Part shown: positions 9,661 through 19,528 of the stretch, piece after piece
Layout of the letters: the number at the start of each line of letters is the position of its first letter
Position numbering within the stretch: the stretch's first letter is position 1
Assembly: GCA_964194645.1 (NCBI GenBank)
Contig: CAXMNF010000307.1
Span: forward strand, 1-47,522
Source: an uncultured Gammaproteobacteria bacterium
Lineage (GTDB): Bacteria > Myxococcota_A > UBA9160 > SZUA-336
Direction: 5' to 3'
DNA: 47,522 bases
Program-made: the position numbers and the translations under genes
Notes under the pieces: model-generated
What the model saw: only the letters and a program-made list of their open reading frames with translations
The model's database searches: none
Told to the model about the DNA's origin: nothing

Positions 9661-10497
9661 ATGAGCGCGCCTGCCCCCAACGGACTCCACAAGGTCGCGA
9701 TCTACCGGCGTACCGTTCACGCCTCGGCCGAGCGCGTCTGGGAGAACGTGCACGACTGGGAGCACCTGCCCTGGCTGCACCGCCAGAGCTTCTGCGCGAT
9801 CGAGACGCTCGACCTGGGCGACTGGGGCTGGCGCGCGCGGATTGGCCTGCAGCCCGCCAGCCAGGGGCAGTCGATCGAGCTCGAGTTGGTGCTGGAGCCG
9901 GGCGAGCCGCGCTACGTTTCGCGCACGCTCGCGGGTCCCGGGGCCGGCAGCGAGATCTGGACCCGCGTCGAGCCGCTCGACGCGGGCCGAACCGCGATCG
10001 AGGTGGAGTTCTGGCTGCCCGGCGTGCAGCCCGCGCAGTCCGATGCCCTCGGAGCCGCCTACCTGAAGCTCTACACGCGCCTCTGGGACGAGGACGAGTC
10101 GATGATGGTGCGCCGCACCGAGCGGCTGGCGCAGCCGATCGGTCGCGGCGCGCAGCAGACCGACCTGCCCCTCGGCCCACTCGACGCGTTGCGCGCGCGC
10201 CTGCCCCTGGTCGTCGCCCACGCGGGACGCGACTGGCGGATCGTCGAGCTCGACGGCCAGCTGCTCGCGCACGCTACGGTCTGCCCGCACCTGCTGGGTC
10301 CGCTCGAGCACGCCGAGCTCGACGGCGGCTGCGTCGTGTGCCCCTGGCACGGCTACCGCTTCGACGTGGCAAGCGGCCGCAACGCGGACGGCCGGCGCCT
10401 GCGCCTGCCCGCTGCGCCGCGCGTGGTCGTCGAAGGGCGCACCAGTGAAGTGCGGCTCGAGTCCGCACCCCGAGCCCATTCGAGCACAGAGCGATAA
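9661..10497 (+). CDS. Rieske [2Fe-2S] protein with N-terminal SRPBCC/mononuclear-Fe catalytic-like domain
   Basis: ENVHDWEHLPWLH and WDEDESM in the N-terminal part; CPH...CPWHGYRF at the C-terminus. Confidence 0.85.
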   Translation: MSAPAPNGLHKVAIYRRTVHASAERVWENVHDWEHLPWLHRQSFCAIETLDLGDWGWRARIGLQPASQGQSIELELVLEPGEPRYVSRTLAGPGAGSEIWTRVEPLDAGRTAIEVEFWLPGVQPAQSDALGAAYLKLYTRLWDEDESMMVRRTERLAQPIGRGAQQTDLPLGPLDALRARLPLVVAHAGRDWRIVELDGQLLAHATVCPHLLGPLEHAELDGGCVVCPWHGYRFDVASGRNADGRRLRLPAAPRVVVEGRTSEVRLESAPRAHSSTER

Positions 10498-10506
10498 GGT
10501 CGGTCC

Positions 10507-11262
10507 ATGACGCTAACCCTGCATCCCCTCGTTTGCGGCTGGATCCGCGCCGGACTCGGAAACTTCCTGACCGGCGCCGAGGGCGAGGTGCGCATCCCCG
10601 TGCCAGCGTGGCTGGTCGAGCACCCGCGCGGCCGCGTGCTCTTCGACAGCGGCCTGCACGTGGACACGCAGACCGACGCTCCAGGCCGTCTCGGCGACCT
10701 GGCGGAGACCTACCGCGTCGAGTTCGCGCCCGGCGAGGAGATCGACGCACAGCTTGCTCGCCTGGATGTGGACGCTTCGCGCATCGAGCGGCTCGTGAAC
10801 TCACACCTGCACTTCGACCACGTGGGCGGCAATGCCCGCCTGCCGAATGCGCGCGTGCTCGTGCAACGTCGCGAGTGGCAAGCCGGCGCCGACCCGGACC
10901 TGCAACGCGCCAACTTCTACGACCCGCGCGACTACGACCTGGGCCAGGACCTGGAGCTGCTCGACGGCGAGCACGACCTGTTCGGCGATGGCCGCGTGAT
11001 GTGCGTGCCGACCTACGGCCACACGCCCGGACACCAGTCGCTGCACCTCGAGCTCGACTCGGGCCCCGTGCTGCTGGCGGCCGACAGCTGCTACATGAAG
11101 CGCACGCTCGACGAGCTCCGTCTGCCGCCGTTCGCGCACGACGAAGCGCAGTCGCTCGACAGCTTGCGGCGCCTGCGCGAGCTCCGGGCCCGGGGCGTGC
11201 GCATCTTCTTCGGCCACGATCCGGAGTTCATCGCCGAGCTGCCCGGGGGCCCGCTCAGCTGA
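10507..11262 (+). CDS. N-acyl-homoserine lactonase-family metallo-beta-lactamase
   Basis: SHLHFDHVGG, GHTPGHQS, AADSCY, GHD. Confidence 0.9.
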   Translation: MTLTLHPLVCGWIRAGLGNFLTGAEGEVRIPVPAWLVEHPRGRVLFDSGLHVDTQTDAPGRLGDLAETYRVEFAPGEEIDAQLARLDVDASRIERLVNSHLHFDHVGGNARLPNARVLVQRREWQAGADPDLQRANFYDPRDYDLGQDLELLDGEHDLFGDGRVMCVPTYGHTPGHQSLHLELDSGPVLLAADSCYMKRTLDELRLPPFAHDEAQSLDSLRRLRELRARGVRIFFGHDPEFIAELPGGPLS

Positions 11263-12088
11263 GGCACAGACCTCCGTCGACCACGAGCGTCTGGCCGGTC
11301 ACGTAGCTCGCCTCGTCGGAGAGCAGGAAGAGCGCGGCGTAGGCGATCTCCCAGCCGGTAGCCTGGCGTCCCAGCGGAACCGAAGTGCGCCCGCGCGACG
11401 GGCGGCCGCGCGTGGCCTCGCGCCCGAGTGGAGTGTCGACCAGGCCGGGCACGACTACGTTCGCGCGCACCCGGCGCCGCGCGCCTTCAAGCGCCACGTG
11501 CCGCGCCAGCCCCTCGAGACCGGCCTTGGAAGCGTCGTAGGCGGGCAGCCGGCTGCCGGCGCGGCGGCCCGCGACTGAACTCACGAACACCAACGCCGCG
11601 CCGGGCGGAAGCTGGGGCAGCGCCTCGCGCGCAATCAAGAAATGCGCGCGCAGGTTCGTGGCAAAGCTCCGGTCCCAGTCCTCGGCCGAGGTGCCGGCCA
11701 GGCCGCCGCCCAGCCCGATGCCCACGTTCAGCACGATCCCGTCGAGCCCGCCCAGTGCGCCCCGCGCATCCGCGACCAGGCTCGCGCAGCGCTGCGGGTC
11801 GGCCACGTCCGCGACGATCGTGCAGCCCGCCCCGCCCTCGGACTCTACCTCGGCCAGGGTCTGGGCCGCGGCCTTCTCGGACACGTCGGCGCAGGCGACG
11901 GCCGCAGCTTCGCGTGCGGCGAGCCTGGCGATCGCCCGGCCGTTCCCGATCGGAGGGTCCGGCTCGTCGCTGGGCCGCGTCCCGGCACCTACCACCAGCA
12001 CGCGCCGCCCGGCGAGCCGCGCCCGTCCCGGCGCGGCGCCTGTCGCTTCGGGCGGGCTCCAGACCGGCTCCGGCTCGCGTGCGGCCAC
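11255..12088 (-). CDS. SDR-family oxidoreductase
   Basis: VVGAG..GNGRA, NVG, YDASK, VDGG; GTG start at 12088 inferred. Confidence 0.9.
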   Translation of the reverse strand: MAAREPEPVWSPPEATGAAPGRARLAGRRVLVVGAGTRPSDEPDPPIGNGRAIARLAAREAAAVACADVSEKAAAQTLAEVESEGGAGCTIVADVADPQRCASLVADARGALGGLDGIVLNVGIGLGGGLAGTSAEDWDRSFATNLRAHFLIAREALPQLPPGAALVFVSSVAGRRAGSRLPAYDASKAGLEGLARHVALEGARRRVRANVVVPGLVDTPLGREATRGRPSRGRTSVPLGRQATGWEIAYAALFLLSDEASYVTGQTLVVDGGLCLS

Positions 12089-12090
12089 GA

Positions 12091-12861
12091 CTACAGGTCC
12101 TCGAACGAGCCGTGGCGGCCCGCGCCGCTCGCGAAGCGGGTCGCGCCCTCGCGGCTTTCGCCGGAGCGGATCACCTCGATGCCGTGGGCGAACTCGTTGT
12201 CGAGGGCCGGCTCGAGGGCCAGACCCCACTGCTCGTAGCTGGAGCGCCGGTCGCTGCGCAAGCAGCCCTGGGGAAAGCGCGCCAGCTCCTCGGCCAGCGC
12301 CAGCGCGTGCTCGAGCGCTCGCCCCGGCTCGACCAGGCGGTTCGCCAGGCCCATGGCCTGCGCCTCTTCCCCGGACACCCCGCGTCCCGTGAGGATCAGG
12401 TCGAGCGCGTGACTGTGTCCGATCAGGCGCGGCAGGCGGATCGTACCGCCGTCGACCAGGGGGACCCCCCAGCGCCGGCAGTAGACCCCGAAGATCGCGT
12501 CGCGCGCCGCCACGCGCAGGTCACACCAGAGCGCCAGTTCGAGGCCGCCGGCCACGGCATGGCCCTCGACCGCCGCGATCACCGGCTTGTCGAGCCGCAT
12601 GCGCGTCGGACCCATCGGCCCGTCGCCTTGCTCCGGAACCCGGTTGCCCCGGCCGCGCGAGACGGCCTTCAGATCCGCGCCCGCGCAGAACGTGTCCTGG
12701 GCACCGGTCAGCACGGCGACGAGCCGCTCGGGATCGGCCTCGAAGCGGCGAAACGCGGCAACCAGCTCCGCGGCCGTCTCGCCGTCCACGGCATTGCGCA
12801 CCTCGGGGCGGTCGATCGTGACGATCGCGACCGGTCCCCGGACCTCGTAGTGAACCGTCAC
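12091..12861 (-). CDS. Enoyl-CoA hydratase/isomerase (crotonase)
   Basis: GTG 12861; IDRPEVRNAVD, FCAGADL, AVAGGLELA, GVPLVDGG. Confidence 0.93.
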   Translation of the reverse strand: MTVHYEVRGPVAIVTIDRPEVRNAVDGETAAELVAAFRRFEADPERLVAVLTGAQDTFCAGADLKAVSRGRGNRVPEQGDGPMGPTRMRLDKPVIAAVEGHAVAGGLELALWCDLRVAARDAIFGVYCRRWGVPLVDGGTIRLPRLIGHSHALDLILTGRGVSGEEAQAMGLANRLVEPGRALEHALALAEELARFPQGCLRSDRRSSYEQWGLALEPALDNEFAHGIEVIRSGESREGATRFASGAGRHGSFEDL

Positions 12862-13739
12862 CTGGCACCTCCCTTGCGCGGTCGGCTTCCGTAGTCGCCA
12901 AAGGGATCGTCCCGTTCCCGCACCGCCTGGCGGAACCCGGCCTCCTGGGCGCGACCGACGAAGTCCAGCCCCTCCTGAGTGTGGCGGGCGATGCCGTCGA
13001 AGAGCGTCCCGAGCTGGCGGCTCGACGCAAAGCCCATGTTCTCGGCGGTCTGGTTGCACAGGAGCTTCAGCATCACGAGCTGGCTGGTCGGCACCTGTGC
13101 CATGCGCCGCGCCAGCGCGAAGGCGCGCTCGTCCAGCTCTTCGTCGGGCACGCACTCCAGGATCAGCCCGATATTGGCGGCCTCGGGCGCGGGAATCTCG
13201 TCGCCGGTCAGCAGGTAGCGCTTGGCCCGCTCGAGCCCCATCCGGTACACCCACATCGCGGTGGTCGGCGTGCCCCACACCCGGCTCGGGGGATAGCCGA
13301 AGCTCGCGCCCTCCCCTGCGACGATCAGGTCCGCGCACAGCACCATGTCGGTGCCTCCGCCGATGCACCAGCCCTGCACGGCCGCCAGGGTCGGCTTGCT
13401 CGCGTACCAGAGTTTCATGTAGACATCGACGAAGCTTCCGATCATGCGCATGTCGGCTACCGAGTCCCACACGCGGCGGGGCGCGGTTCCCTCGGGGTCG
13501 CCCGCCGCGCGCTCCTCGCCCTGGGCCGCGGTTCCCCAGTCGAGCGCGTAGCCCGCGCAGAAGGCGGGGCCCTCGGCCCGCAGCAGGATCACGTGTCCGC
13601 GCGACGCGTCGCCCTCGTCGATCGCCGCCGACAGCTCGTCGCGCAGCGCCGGAGTGATCGTGTTGTACTCGCGCGAGCGGGTGAGCGTGATCACGAACAC
13701 GCCCTCGCGCAGCTCGGTGCGCAGTGACTCGGCTCCCAT
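12858..13739 (-). CDS. Crotonase/enoyl-CoA hydratase family protein
   Basis: AFCAGYAL, VQGWCIGGGTD, YPPSRVWG. Confidence 0.92.
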   Translation of the reverse strand: MGAESLRTELREGVFVITLTRSREYNTITPALRDELSAAIDEGDASRGHVILLRAEGPAFCAGYALDWGTAAQGEERAAGDPEGTAPRRVWDSVADMRMIGSFVDVYMKLWYASKPTLAAVQGWCIGGGTDMVLCADLIVAGEGASFGYPPSRVWGTPTTAMWVYRMGLERAKRYLLTGDEIPAPEAANIGLILECVPDEELDERAFALARRMAQVPTSQLVMLKLLCNQTAENMGFASSRQLGTLFDGIARHTQEGLDFVGRAQEAGFRQAVRERDDPFGDYGSRPRKGGAR

Positions 13740-13833
13740 CTGGGCGGCTCCTTCGCCGCCACCCTACCACCCGTGCCGCCCGGCCGGGGCGCGGTCGCGA
13801 TCCCCGAGCGCCGCGGCTAAGATACCGGCCCAC

Positions 13834-14634
13834 ATGCCGATTCTGCGCCCGCTCTGCGTCGGTCTCACGCTCCTGCTGGCCACCCCGGTGAGCGCCGCCC
13901 CGGACGGCGAGTCCGAAGGGGTCGCCGAGGTGCAGCGCTGCATCGAACGCAACGTGCCGGCTCACACCAGCGAGCAGACCATCGAGTTCGTCTCCATCGA
14001 CCGGGTTGGCGGCAAGCGCATGAGCCGGGCGAAGGTGCTCGCCAAGCGCTTCGACGACGGGTTGCGGCGCGTGCTGCTGCGCTTCACCAAGCCGCACGAG
14101 ATACGCGGCTCCTCCCTGCTGATCATCGAGACCGAGTCGGGCTCCAACGACATGTTCCTGTACACTCCGGAGCTGAGGAAGGTGAAGCGGGTGACCGCGG
14201 ACGGTGCGGCCGGCACCTTGTTCGGCACCGACTTCTCCTACGAAGACTTCGAGCGCTGGCACCTGATGAACAAGCCCGGCGAGCGCACTCGTCTGCCGGA
14301 CACGAAGCTCGAGGATCGGGACGTATACGTGCTCGAGAGCCGGCCCGAGGACAACACGGGCTCTGCCTACGAGCGAATCGTGTCGTTCGTGGACCGGGAG
14401 ACCTGCGTCGTGCTGAAGACCGAGTCGTACGAGCGTGGGGCACGCCTGCGCAAGGTGCTCACCGCCAGCCCGGATACGATCATGAAAGAAGCCGAGATCC
14501 ACGTGGCCAGCGAGATCACCATGCGCGACGTTCGGGACCAGACGTACACCAACCTGGTCGTCGAGGACCTCAGCGTGGACCGCGAGATCGAGGACACGGA
14601 GTTCGCGATCTCACGGCTTTCGCGACGGCGCTAG
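13834..14634 (+). CDS. Outer-membrane lipoprotein-sorting (LolA-like) periplasmic protein
   Basis: Signal peptide; RFTKPHEIRG, LYTPELRKVKR, FGTDFSYED. Confidence 0.85.
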   Translation: MPILRPLCVGLTLLLATPVSAAPDGESEGVAEVQRCIERNVPAHTSEQTIEFVSIDRVGGKRMSRAKVLAKRFDDGLRRVLLRFTKPHEIRGSSLLIIETESGSNDMFLYTPELRKVKRVTADGAAGTLFGTDFSYEDFERWHLMNKPGERTRLPDTKLEDRDVYVLESRPEDNTGSAYERIVSFVDRETCVVLKTESYERGARLRKVLTASPDTIMKEAEIHVASEITMRDVRDQTYTNLVVEDLSVDREIEDTEFAISRLSRRR

Positions 14635-14651
14635 CGGACCCGGAACTGCGC

Positions 14652-17393
14652 GTGGATCGCGTACTCGGCTTCATCGCGCGGCGCCACTGGACGATCCTGG
14701 CACTGATCGTCGCACTCAGCGCGCTGGCCGCCTCCCAGCTCGTGGATCTGTCGACCGGCGAGCCGCGCCTGCGCTTCGATCCCTCCACGAACCGCCTGCT
14801 GCCCGAGGAGGGCGAGGACAAGCAGTTCTACGACTACGTGCGCAAGCTTTTTGGCAGCGACGAGACCATGATCGTTGCGCTCAGCGCGGACAACGCGTTC
14901 ACCTCGGATGTGCTGCACCGCGTCGAGCGCATGACCGAACGCATCCAGGCGATGCGCGAGGTGCACCACGTGCTCTCGATCACGAATGCGGTGAACCTGC
15001 GCGGCAGCGAGGAAGGCATCGAGATCGGGCCCTTTGCGCGCGAGATCCCCGAGGATCCCGAGGCGCTGGACCAGCTGCGCCGCGAGGCGCTCGACAATCC
15101 CATGTACGCCGGGAACCTGGTGTCACACGACGGCCGCACCGTGGCGCTGGTCATCTACTTCCTGGATTTCTCGGACGCCGAGTTCATCGAGCGCGGCATC
15201 GACGCCGCGATCGCGAAGATCGTCCGGGAGGAAGCCGGCCCTTACGAGGCGTGGCTGACCGGAGGCCCGCACATCAAGGTCGCGCAGTTCGAGTACCAGT
15301 ACCGCGACGTGCTGCGCAGTGTGCCGCTGATGCTACTGGCCTTCGCAGTGCTGCTCGGGATCTCGTTCCGCAGCGTGCGCGGCGTGGTGATCCCGCTGGT
15401 CACCGTCCTGGTGGCCTTGCTCTGGACGCTCGGCATCGCCGGGGCGATCGGCAAGCCGCTCAACATGGTCACCCAGATCGTGGTTCCGCTGTTCGTGATC
15501 CTGCCGCTCTCCTACTGCGTGCACGTGATCTCCGAGCACTACGAACAGCTGGGGCAGCACCCGGAGCTGTCGAGCGGCGAGGCCGGACTGGCCGGCCTGA
15601 AGCTGGTCTGGCTGCCGGTCGTGTTCACTGGCCTTACGACGGGCGCCGGCTTCTTCGCGCTGGTGCTTTCCCCGATCGGCGCAATCCGCGACTTCGGAGT
15701 GCTGGCGGTGGGCGGCGTGGCCGCCACGGTGGCGGCTTCGCTCACCGTACCGCCCGCCTTGATGAGCGTGATGGGCCGCCCGCGGCGCATCGCGCGCACC
15801 GAGGGCTCGGACTACTTCATCCGCTTCGCGTCCGCGATGGCCACCTTCAATCTGCGCTACCGCAAGGGCATCTTCGCGGCAGCCGGACTGGTCGTGGTTG
15901 CGGCCGTACTGCTCGCCACGCAACTCCGTGTGGGCGCGATCGGCATCCGCACCTTCCCGGCCGACTCCCAGGTGCGACTCGACTTCGAGGCCGTAAACCG
16001 GAGCCTGCAGGGCGCGACCCTGTTCAACGTGGTGGTGCAAGCCAGCGAGGAAGGGGCCTTCAAGGAGCCTGCCAACCTGCGGGAGATCGAGGCGCTGCAG
16101 GAGTGGCTCGAGACCCAGCCCGAGATCGGCGGCAGCACCTCCGTGGTCGAGTACCTGAAGCTCTGCCACCGCGGCTTTTTCGAGAACGACCCGGAGCACC
16201 TGTCCATTCCGAGTTCGAAGCGGCTGGTGAGCCAGCTGCTGTTCTTCTGCTCGAGCGACGACCTGGAGGGCCTGCTCGACGGGCGCGCCCAGACCGCCAA
16301 TGTGATCGTGCGAGCCAACGTGATCGACACGGAACTGGTCGCGGCTCTGACGCGGCGCATCGAGGCGCGCGCGGCCCAGCTACCCGAGGCGCTCACGGCG
16401 ACCGTCACCGGCAACCAGATCTTGATGAACCGGCTCTTCGGCCAGATCGTGCGCGGCCAGGCTCAGAGTCTGCTGGGCGCCTTCGTGCTGATCTACCTGC
16501 TTCTGATCGTGATGTTCCTCGACTGGCGCACGGCAGCGAAGGCCCTGGTCCCGAACGCGATTCCAGTGGCCTTCTACTTCGGCGCGCTCGGAGCCACGGG
16601 CATCACCTTGAATTTCGCAACCAGCTTGATTGCACCGATGGTGCTCGGCATCGCCATCGATGACACGATCCACTACTTCTCGCGCTTCACGCAGGACGCC
16701 AAGAGCCTGGCCGACGAGCGCCAGGCGACCGTGCGTTCGCTGCTCACCGTGGGACGCCCCGTTACCTTCACGACGGTCGTCCTGTGCGTCGGCTTCGCAG
16801 TGCTGATCGGCAGCGACCTGCGGACCCTCGTGCAGTTCGGCGCGCTGGCCTCCGCAACCCTGGCCTTCGCATGGGTGGTGGACTTCACCTTGACGCCGGC
16901 GCTCTGCTCCGGGCTGCGCATCGTGACGCTCTGGGACACGCTCACTTTGGACCTCGGCGACGATCCTCAGAATTCGATCCCGTTCTTCAGCGGACTCTCG
17001 AACGCGCAGTCGCGCATCGTCGCGCAGATGGCGAACCTGCGCGAGATCCCGGCCGGGCAGCCGCTGATGCGAGTCGGCGACCCCGGCGAGGACATGTACG
17101 TGATCATCGACGGCAGCGCTCAGGCCTGGATCGAAGCGCCAGACGCGCCAGACGGCCGCCGCATCATCAACACGCACACGCGCGGCGACGTGGTCGGCGA
17201 GGTGGGGCTCTTCACCGGCGCGGGCCGCTCGCTGAACGTGGACGTGACCGAAGACGCGCGGATGCTGCGGCTCACCCCGCGCAACCTGGAGCGCCTGCGC
17301 CGCCGGCACCCGCGCACCGCGTCGACGATTCTGCGCAACCTGAACGTGACGCAGGCCCAGCGACTCTCCAAGCAGACCAACCGCATACGCTAG
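14652..17393 (+). CDS. MMPL/RND-superfamily transporter with C-terminal cyclic-nucleotide-binding domain
   Basis: Two TM repeats with GIAIDDTIHY; C-terminal GDPGEDMYVIIDG...GDVVGEVG...RSLNV cNMP motif. Confidence 0.9.
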   Translation: MDRVLGFIARRHWTILALIVALSALAASQLVDLSTGEPRLRFDPSTNRLLPEEGEDKQFYDYVRKLFGSDETMIVALSADNAFTSDVLHRVERMTERIQAMREVHHVLSITNAVNLRGSEEGIEIGPFAREIPEDPEALDQLRREALDNPMYAGNLVSHDGRTVALVIYFLDFSDAEFIERGIDAAIAKIVREEAGPYEAWLTGGPHIKVAQFEYQYRDVLRSVPLMLLAFAVLLGISFRSVRGVVIPLVTVLVALLWTLGIAGAIGKPLNMVTQIVVPLFVILPLSYCVHVISEHYEQLGQHPELSSGEAGLAGLKLVWLPVVFTGLTTGAGFFALVLSPIGAIRDFGVLAVGGVAATVAASLTVPPALMSVMGRPRRIARTEGSDYFIRFASAMATFNLRYRKGIFAAAGLVVVAAVLLATQLRVGAIGIRTFPADSQVRLDFEAVNRSLQGATLFNVVVQASEEGAFKEPANLREIEALQEWLETQPEIGGSTSVVEYLKLCHRGFFENDPEHLSIPSSKRLVSQLLFFCSSDDLEGLLDGRAQTANVIVRANVIDTELVAALTRRIEARAAQLPEALTATVTGNQILMNRLFGQIVRGQAQSLLGAFVLIYLLLIVMFLDWRTAAKALVPNAIPVAFYFGALGATGITLNFATSLIAPMVLGIAIDDTIHYFSRFTQDAKSLADERQATVRSLLTVGRPVTFTTVVLCVGFAVLIGSDLRTLVQFGALASATLAFAWVVDFTLTPALCSGLRIVTLWDTLTLDLGDDPQNSIPFFSGLSNAQSRIVAQMANLREIPAGQPLMRVGDPGEDMYVIIDGSAQAWIEAPDAPDGRRIINTHTRGDVVGEVGLFTGAGRSLNVDVTEDARMLRLTPRNLERLRRRHPRTASTILRNLNVTQAQRLSKQTNRIR

Positions 17394-17404
17394 ACTGCCG
17401 GCCG

Positions 17405-18058
17405 ATGCCGACCCTCTCCGAGCACGAGTCGAAGCGCCTGTTGGCCGAGGCGGGCATCCCGGTGCCCGACGAGCGCCTGGCCGACTCCCCGGAGCAGGCC
17501 CGAGACGCAGCCGAGGCGCTCGGCTATCCGGTCGCCCTGAAGCTCTGCGGGCACGGCATCGCACACAAGACGGAGCGCGATCTGGTGCGCCTCGGCCTGC
17601 TCGACGAGGACGACGTGCGCCACCACGCGGAAGACCTGCTGGACCGGCGGCGACCCGAGGAGGGCGAGGCGCTGCTGCTCGTGCAGCGCATGGTCAGCGG
17701 CCGGCGTGAGTTGATCGCTGGAATGCTGCGCGATCCGCAGTTCGGGCCCTGTGTGATGCTGGGCCTGGGCGGCATTTTCGCCGAGGCGCTCGGCGACGCG
17801 GCCTTCGCCGTGGCGCCGCTCGGTCCGCACGACGCCGCCGACCTGATCGACGCGTTGAGAAACCGCGCGCTGCTCGGAGCCTTCCGTGGTGAACCGCCGG
17901 TCGACCGCCCGGCGCTGGTGAAGATCCTGGAGACGCTCGGGCGGATCGGCGCGGCGCGCGCCGACGTGCGGTCGATCGACCTGAACCCGCTGATCGTGCA
18001 CGGGGCGCGGCCGGTAGTCGTGGACGCACTCGTGGAGCTCGACGGAGCCGACGCTTGA
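17405..18058 (+). CDS. NDP-forming acyl-CoA synthetase, ATP-grasp (beta) subunit
   Basis: ATG 17405; LSEHESKRLL, GYPVALK, HKTE, RDPQFGP, DLNPL. Confidence 0.92.
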   Translation: MPTLSEHESKRLLAEAGIPVPDERLADSPEQARDAAEALGYPVALKLCGHGIAHKTERDLVRLGLLDEDDVRHHAEDLLDRRRPEEGEALLLVQRMVSGRRELIAGMLRDPQFGPCVMLGLGGIFAEALGDAAFAVAPLGPHDAADLIDALRNRALLGAFRGEPPVDRPALVKILETLGRIGAARADVRSIDLNPLIVHGARPVVVDALVELDGADA

Positions 18059-19521
18059 GCGTGCTCGAACGCTTGCAGCCGCTGTTCTACCCGCGCGGCA
18101 TCGTGGTGACGGGCGTATCGCAGCACCCGGGCAAGTTCGGCACGGTCACGTTCCACAACCTGCTACGCTTCGGCTACCAGGGCGAGCTCTTCCCACTGAA
18201 CCGCGAGGGCCTGGAAAGCTTCGGCCGCAAGACCTATCGCAAGATCTCCGAGATTCCACGCGGCGCTGCGGACCTGGTGTTCATCTGCACGCCCGCCGCC
18301 GTGAACCCGGAGCTGCTGCGCGAGTGTGCGGCGATCGGCGTGCGCGCCGCATTCGTCGCGTCCGGCGGCTACGCCGAGGCGGGCCGCGAGGGCCTGGCGC
18401 TCCAGAACGACCTAGTCGCGCTGGCCAACGAGCTCGGCATCGTGCTGGCGGGTCCGAACGGACAGGGGCTGATCTCGACCCGCGTTTCGATGTGCGCGCA
18501 GATCGTGCCGCCCTTTCCTCCAGCCGGCCCGATCTCGATGGCCAGCCAGAGCGGGAACCTCGGCACCAGCTTGATGAACTACGGCGTGTTGTCTGGCATC
18601 GGCTTCTCGAAGGGCATCTCCTGCGGCAACTCCGCGCAGCTCGCGCTGGCCGACTACCTGGAGTACTACGCCGCCGATCCGGAGACCAAGGTGTCGCTGG
18701 CCTACCTGGAGAGCATCCCAGACGGCCGCCGCTTCCTCGAGGTTGCGCGCGCCCACACGCGTGAGAAGCCGCTGGTCGTCGTGCGCGGCGGCGTCACGGA
18801 CTCAGGCAAGCGCGCGGCGTCGTCGCACACCGGCGCCATGGCGTCGGACGACCAGATCTTCGCAGGCGTCTGCCGGCAAGCGGGCATCACGCGCGCGCAC
18901 AGCGTCGAAGCGGCCTACGAGGCGGCCGCGAGCTTCGCGACCCAGCCGCTGCCGCGCGGGCCGCGCACCTTGATCTTCACCGTCGCGGGCGGCTGGGGCG
19001 TGCTGACCGCCGACGCGTGCGTCGAAGCCGGTCTGGAGCTGATCCCGCTGCCGGACGACCTGCGCGCGAAGATCGACGAGTTGGTGCCGCCGCGCTGGAG
19101 CCGCAACAACCCGATCGACCTGGCCGGCGGCGAGACGCGCGACACGATCCCCGAGATCCTGGAGCTGGCGGCGGGTCACCCGGAGGTCGACGCGATCGTG
19201 TACCTGGGAATCGGCATCCAGGCGGCGCAGGCGCAGGCGTTCAAGAGCGGCCCGTACTACCCCGGCCACGGCCTGGACCGCATGGCCGAGTTCCACGAGC
19301 GCCAGGACCGGCGCTACGGCAGCGCAGCGGCCGAGGCGAGTCAGCGCCACCAGAAGCCGATCCTGGTGGCGACCGACCTGGTCTACACCGACCGGGCCTA
19401 CGGAAACGCCGGACCGCTGGGCGTAGCTGAGTCCGGCCGCCTCTGCTACCAGTCCGGCCACTGCGCGATCCGCGCGCTCGCGCATCTGGTGCGCTACAGC
19501 GCCTACCGCCAGCGGCTGTAG
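18055..19521 (+). CDS. NDP-forming acyl-CoA synthetase, CoA-binding (alpha) subunit
   Basis: GPNGQG, SQSGN, AASSHTGA (phospho-His), NNPIDL. Confidence 0.92.
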   Translation: MSVLERLQPLFYPRGIVVTGVSQHPGKFGTVTFHNLLRFGYQGELFPLNREGLESFGRKTYRKISEIPRGAADLVFICTPAAVNPELLRECAAIGVRAAFVASGGYAEAGREGLALQNDLVALANELGIVLAGPNGQGLISTRVSMCAQIVPPFPPAGPISMASQSGNLGTSLMNYGVLSGIGFSKGISCGNSAQLALADYLEYYAADPETKVSLAYLESIPDGRRFLEVARAHTREKPLVVVRGGVTDSGKRAASSHTGAMASDDQIFAGVCRQAGITRAHSVEAAYEAAASFATQPLPRGPRTLIFTVAGGWGVLTADACVEAGLELIPLPDDLRAKIDELVPPRWSRNNPIDLAGGETRDTIPEILELAAGHPEVDAIVYLGIGIQAAQAQAFKSGPYYPGHGLDRMAEFHERQDRRYGSAAAEASQRHQKPILVATDLVYTDRAYGNAGPLGVAESGRLCYQSGHCAIRALAHLVRYSAYRQRL

Positions 19522-19528
19522 CCACGGC

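Noticed and set aside
12091-14502. 803-aa ORF and other long alternative-frame ORFs (e.g. 30790-33423, 42324-44639, 19556-21382)
   Set aside because: High-GC stop-poor shadow frames overlapping well-supported genes; only 12091-12861 of the first is a real gene
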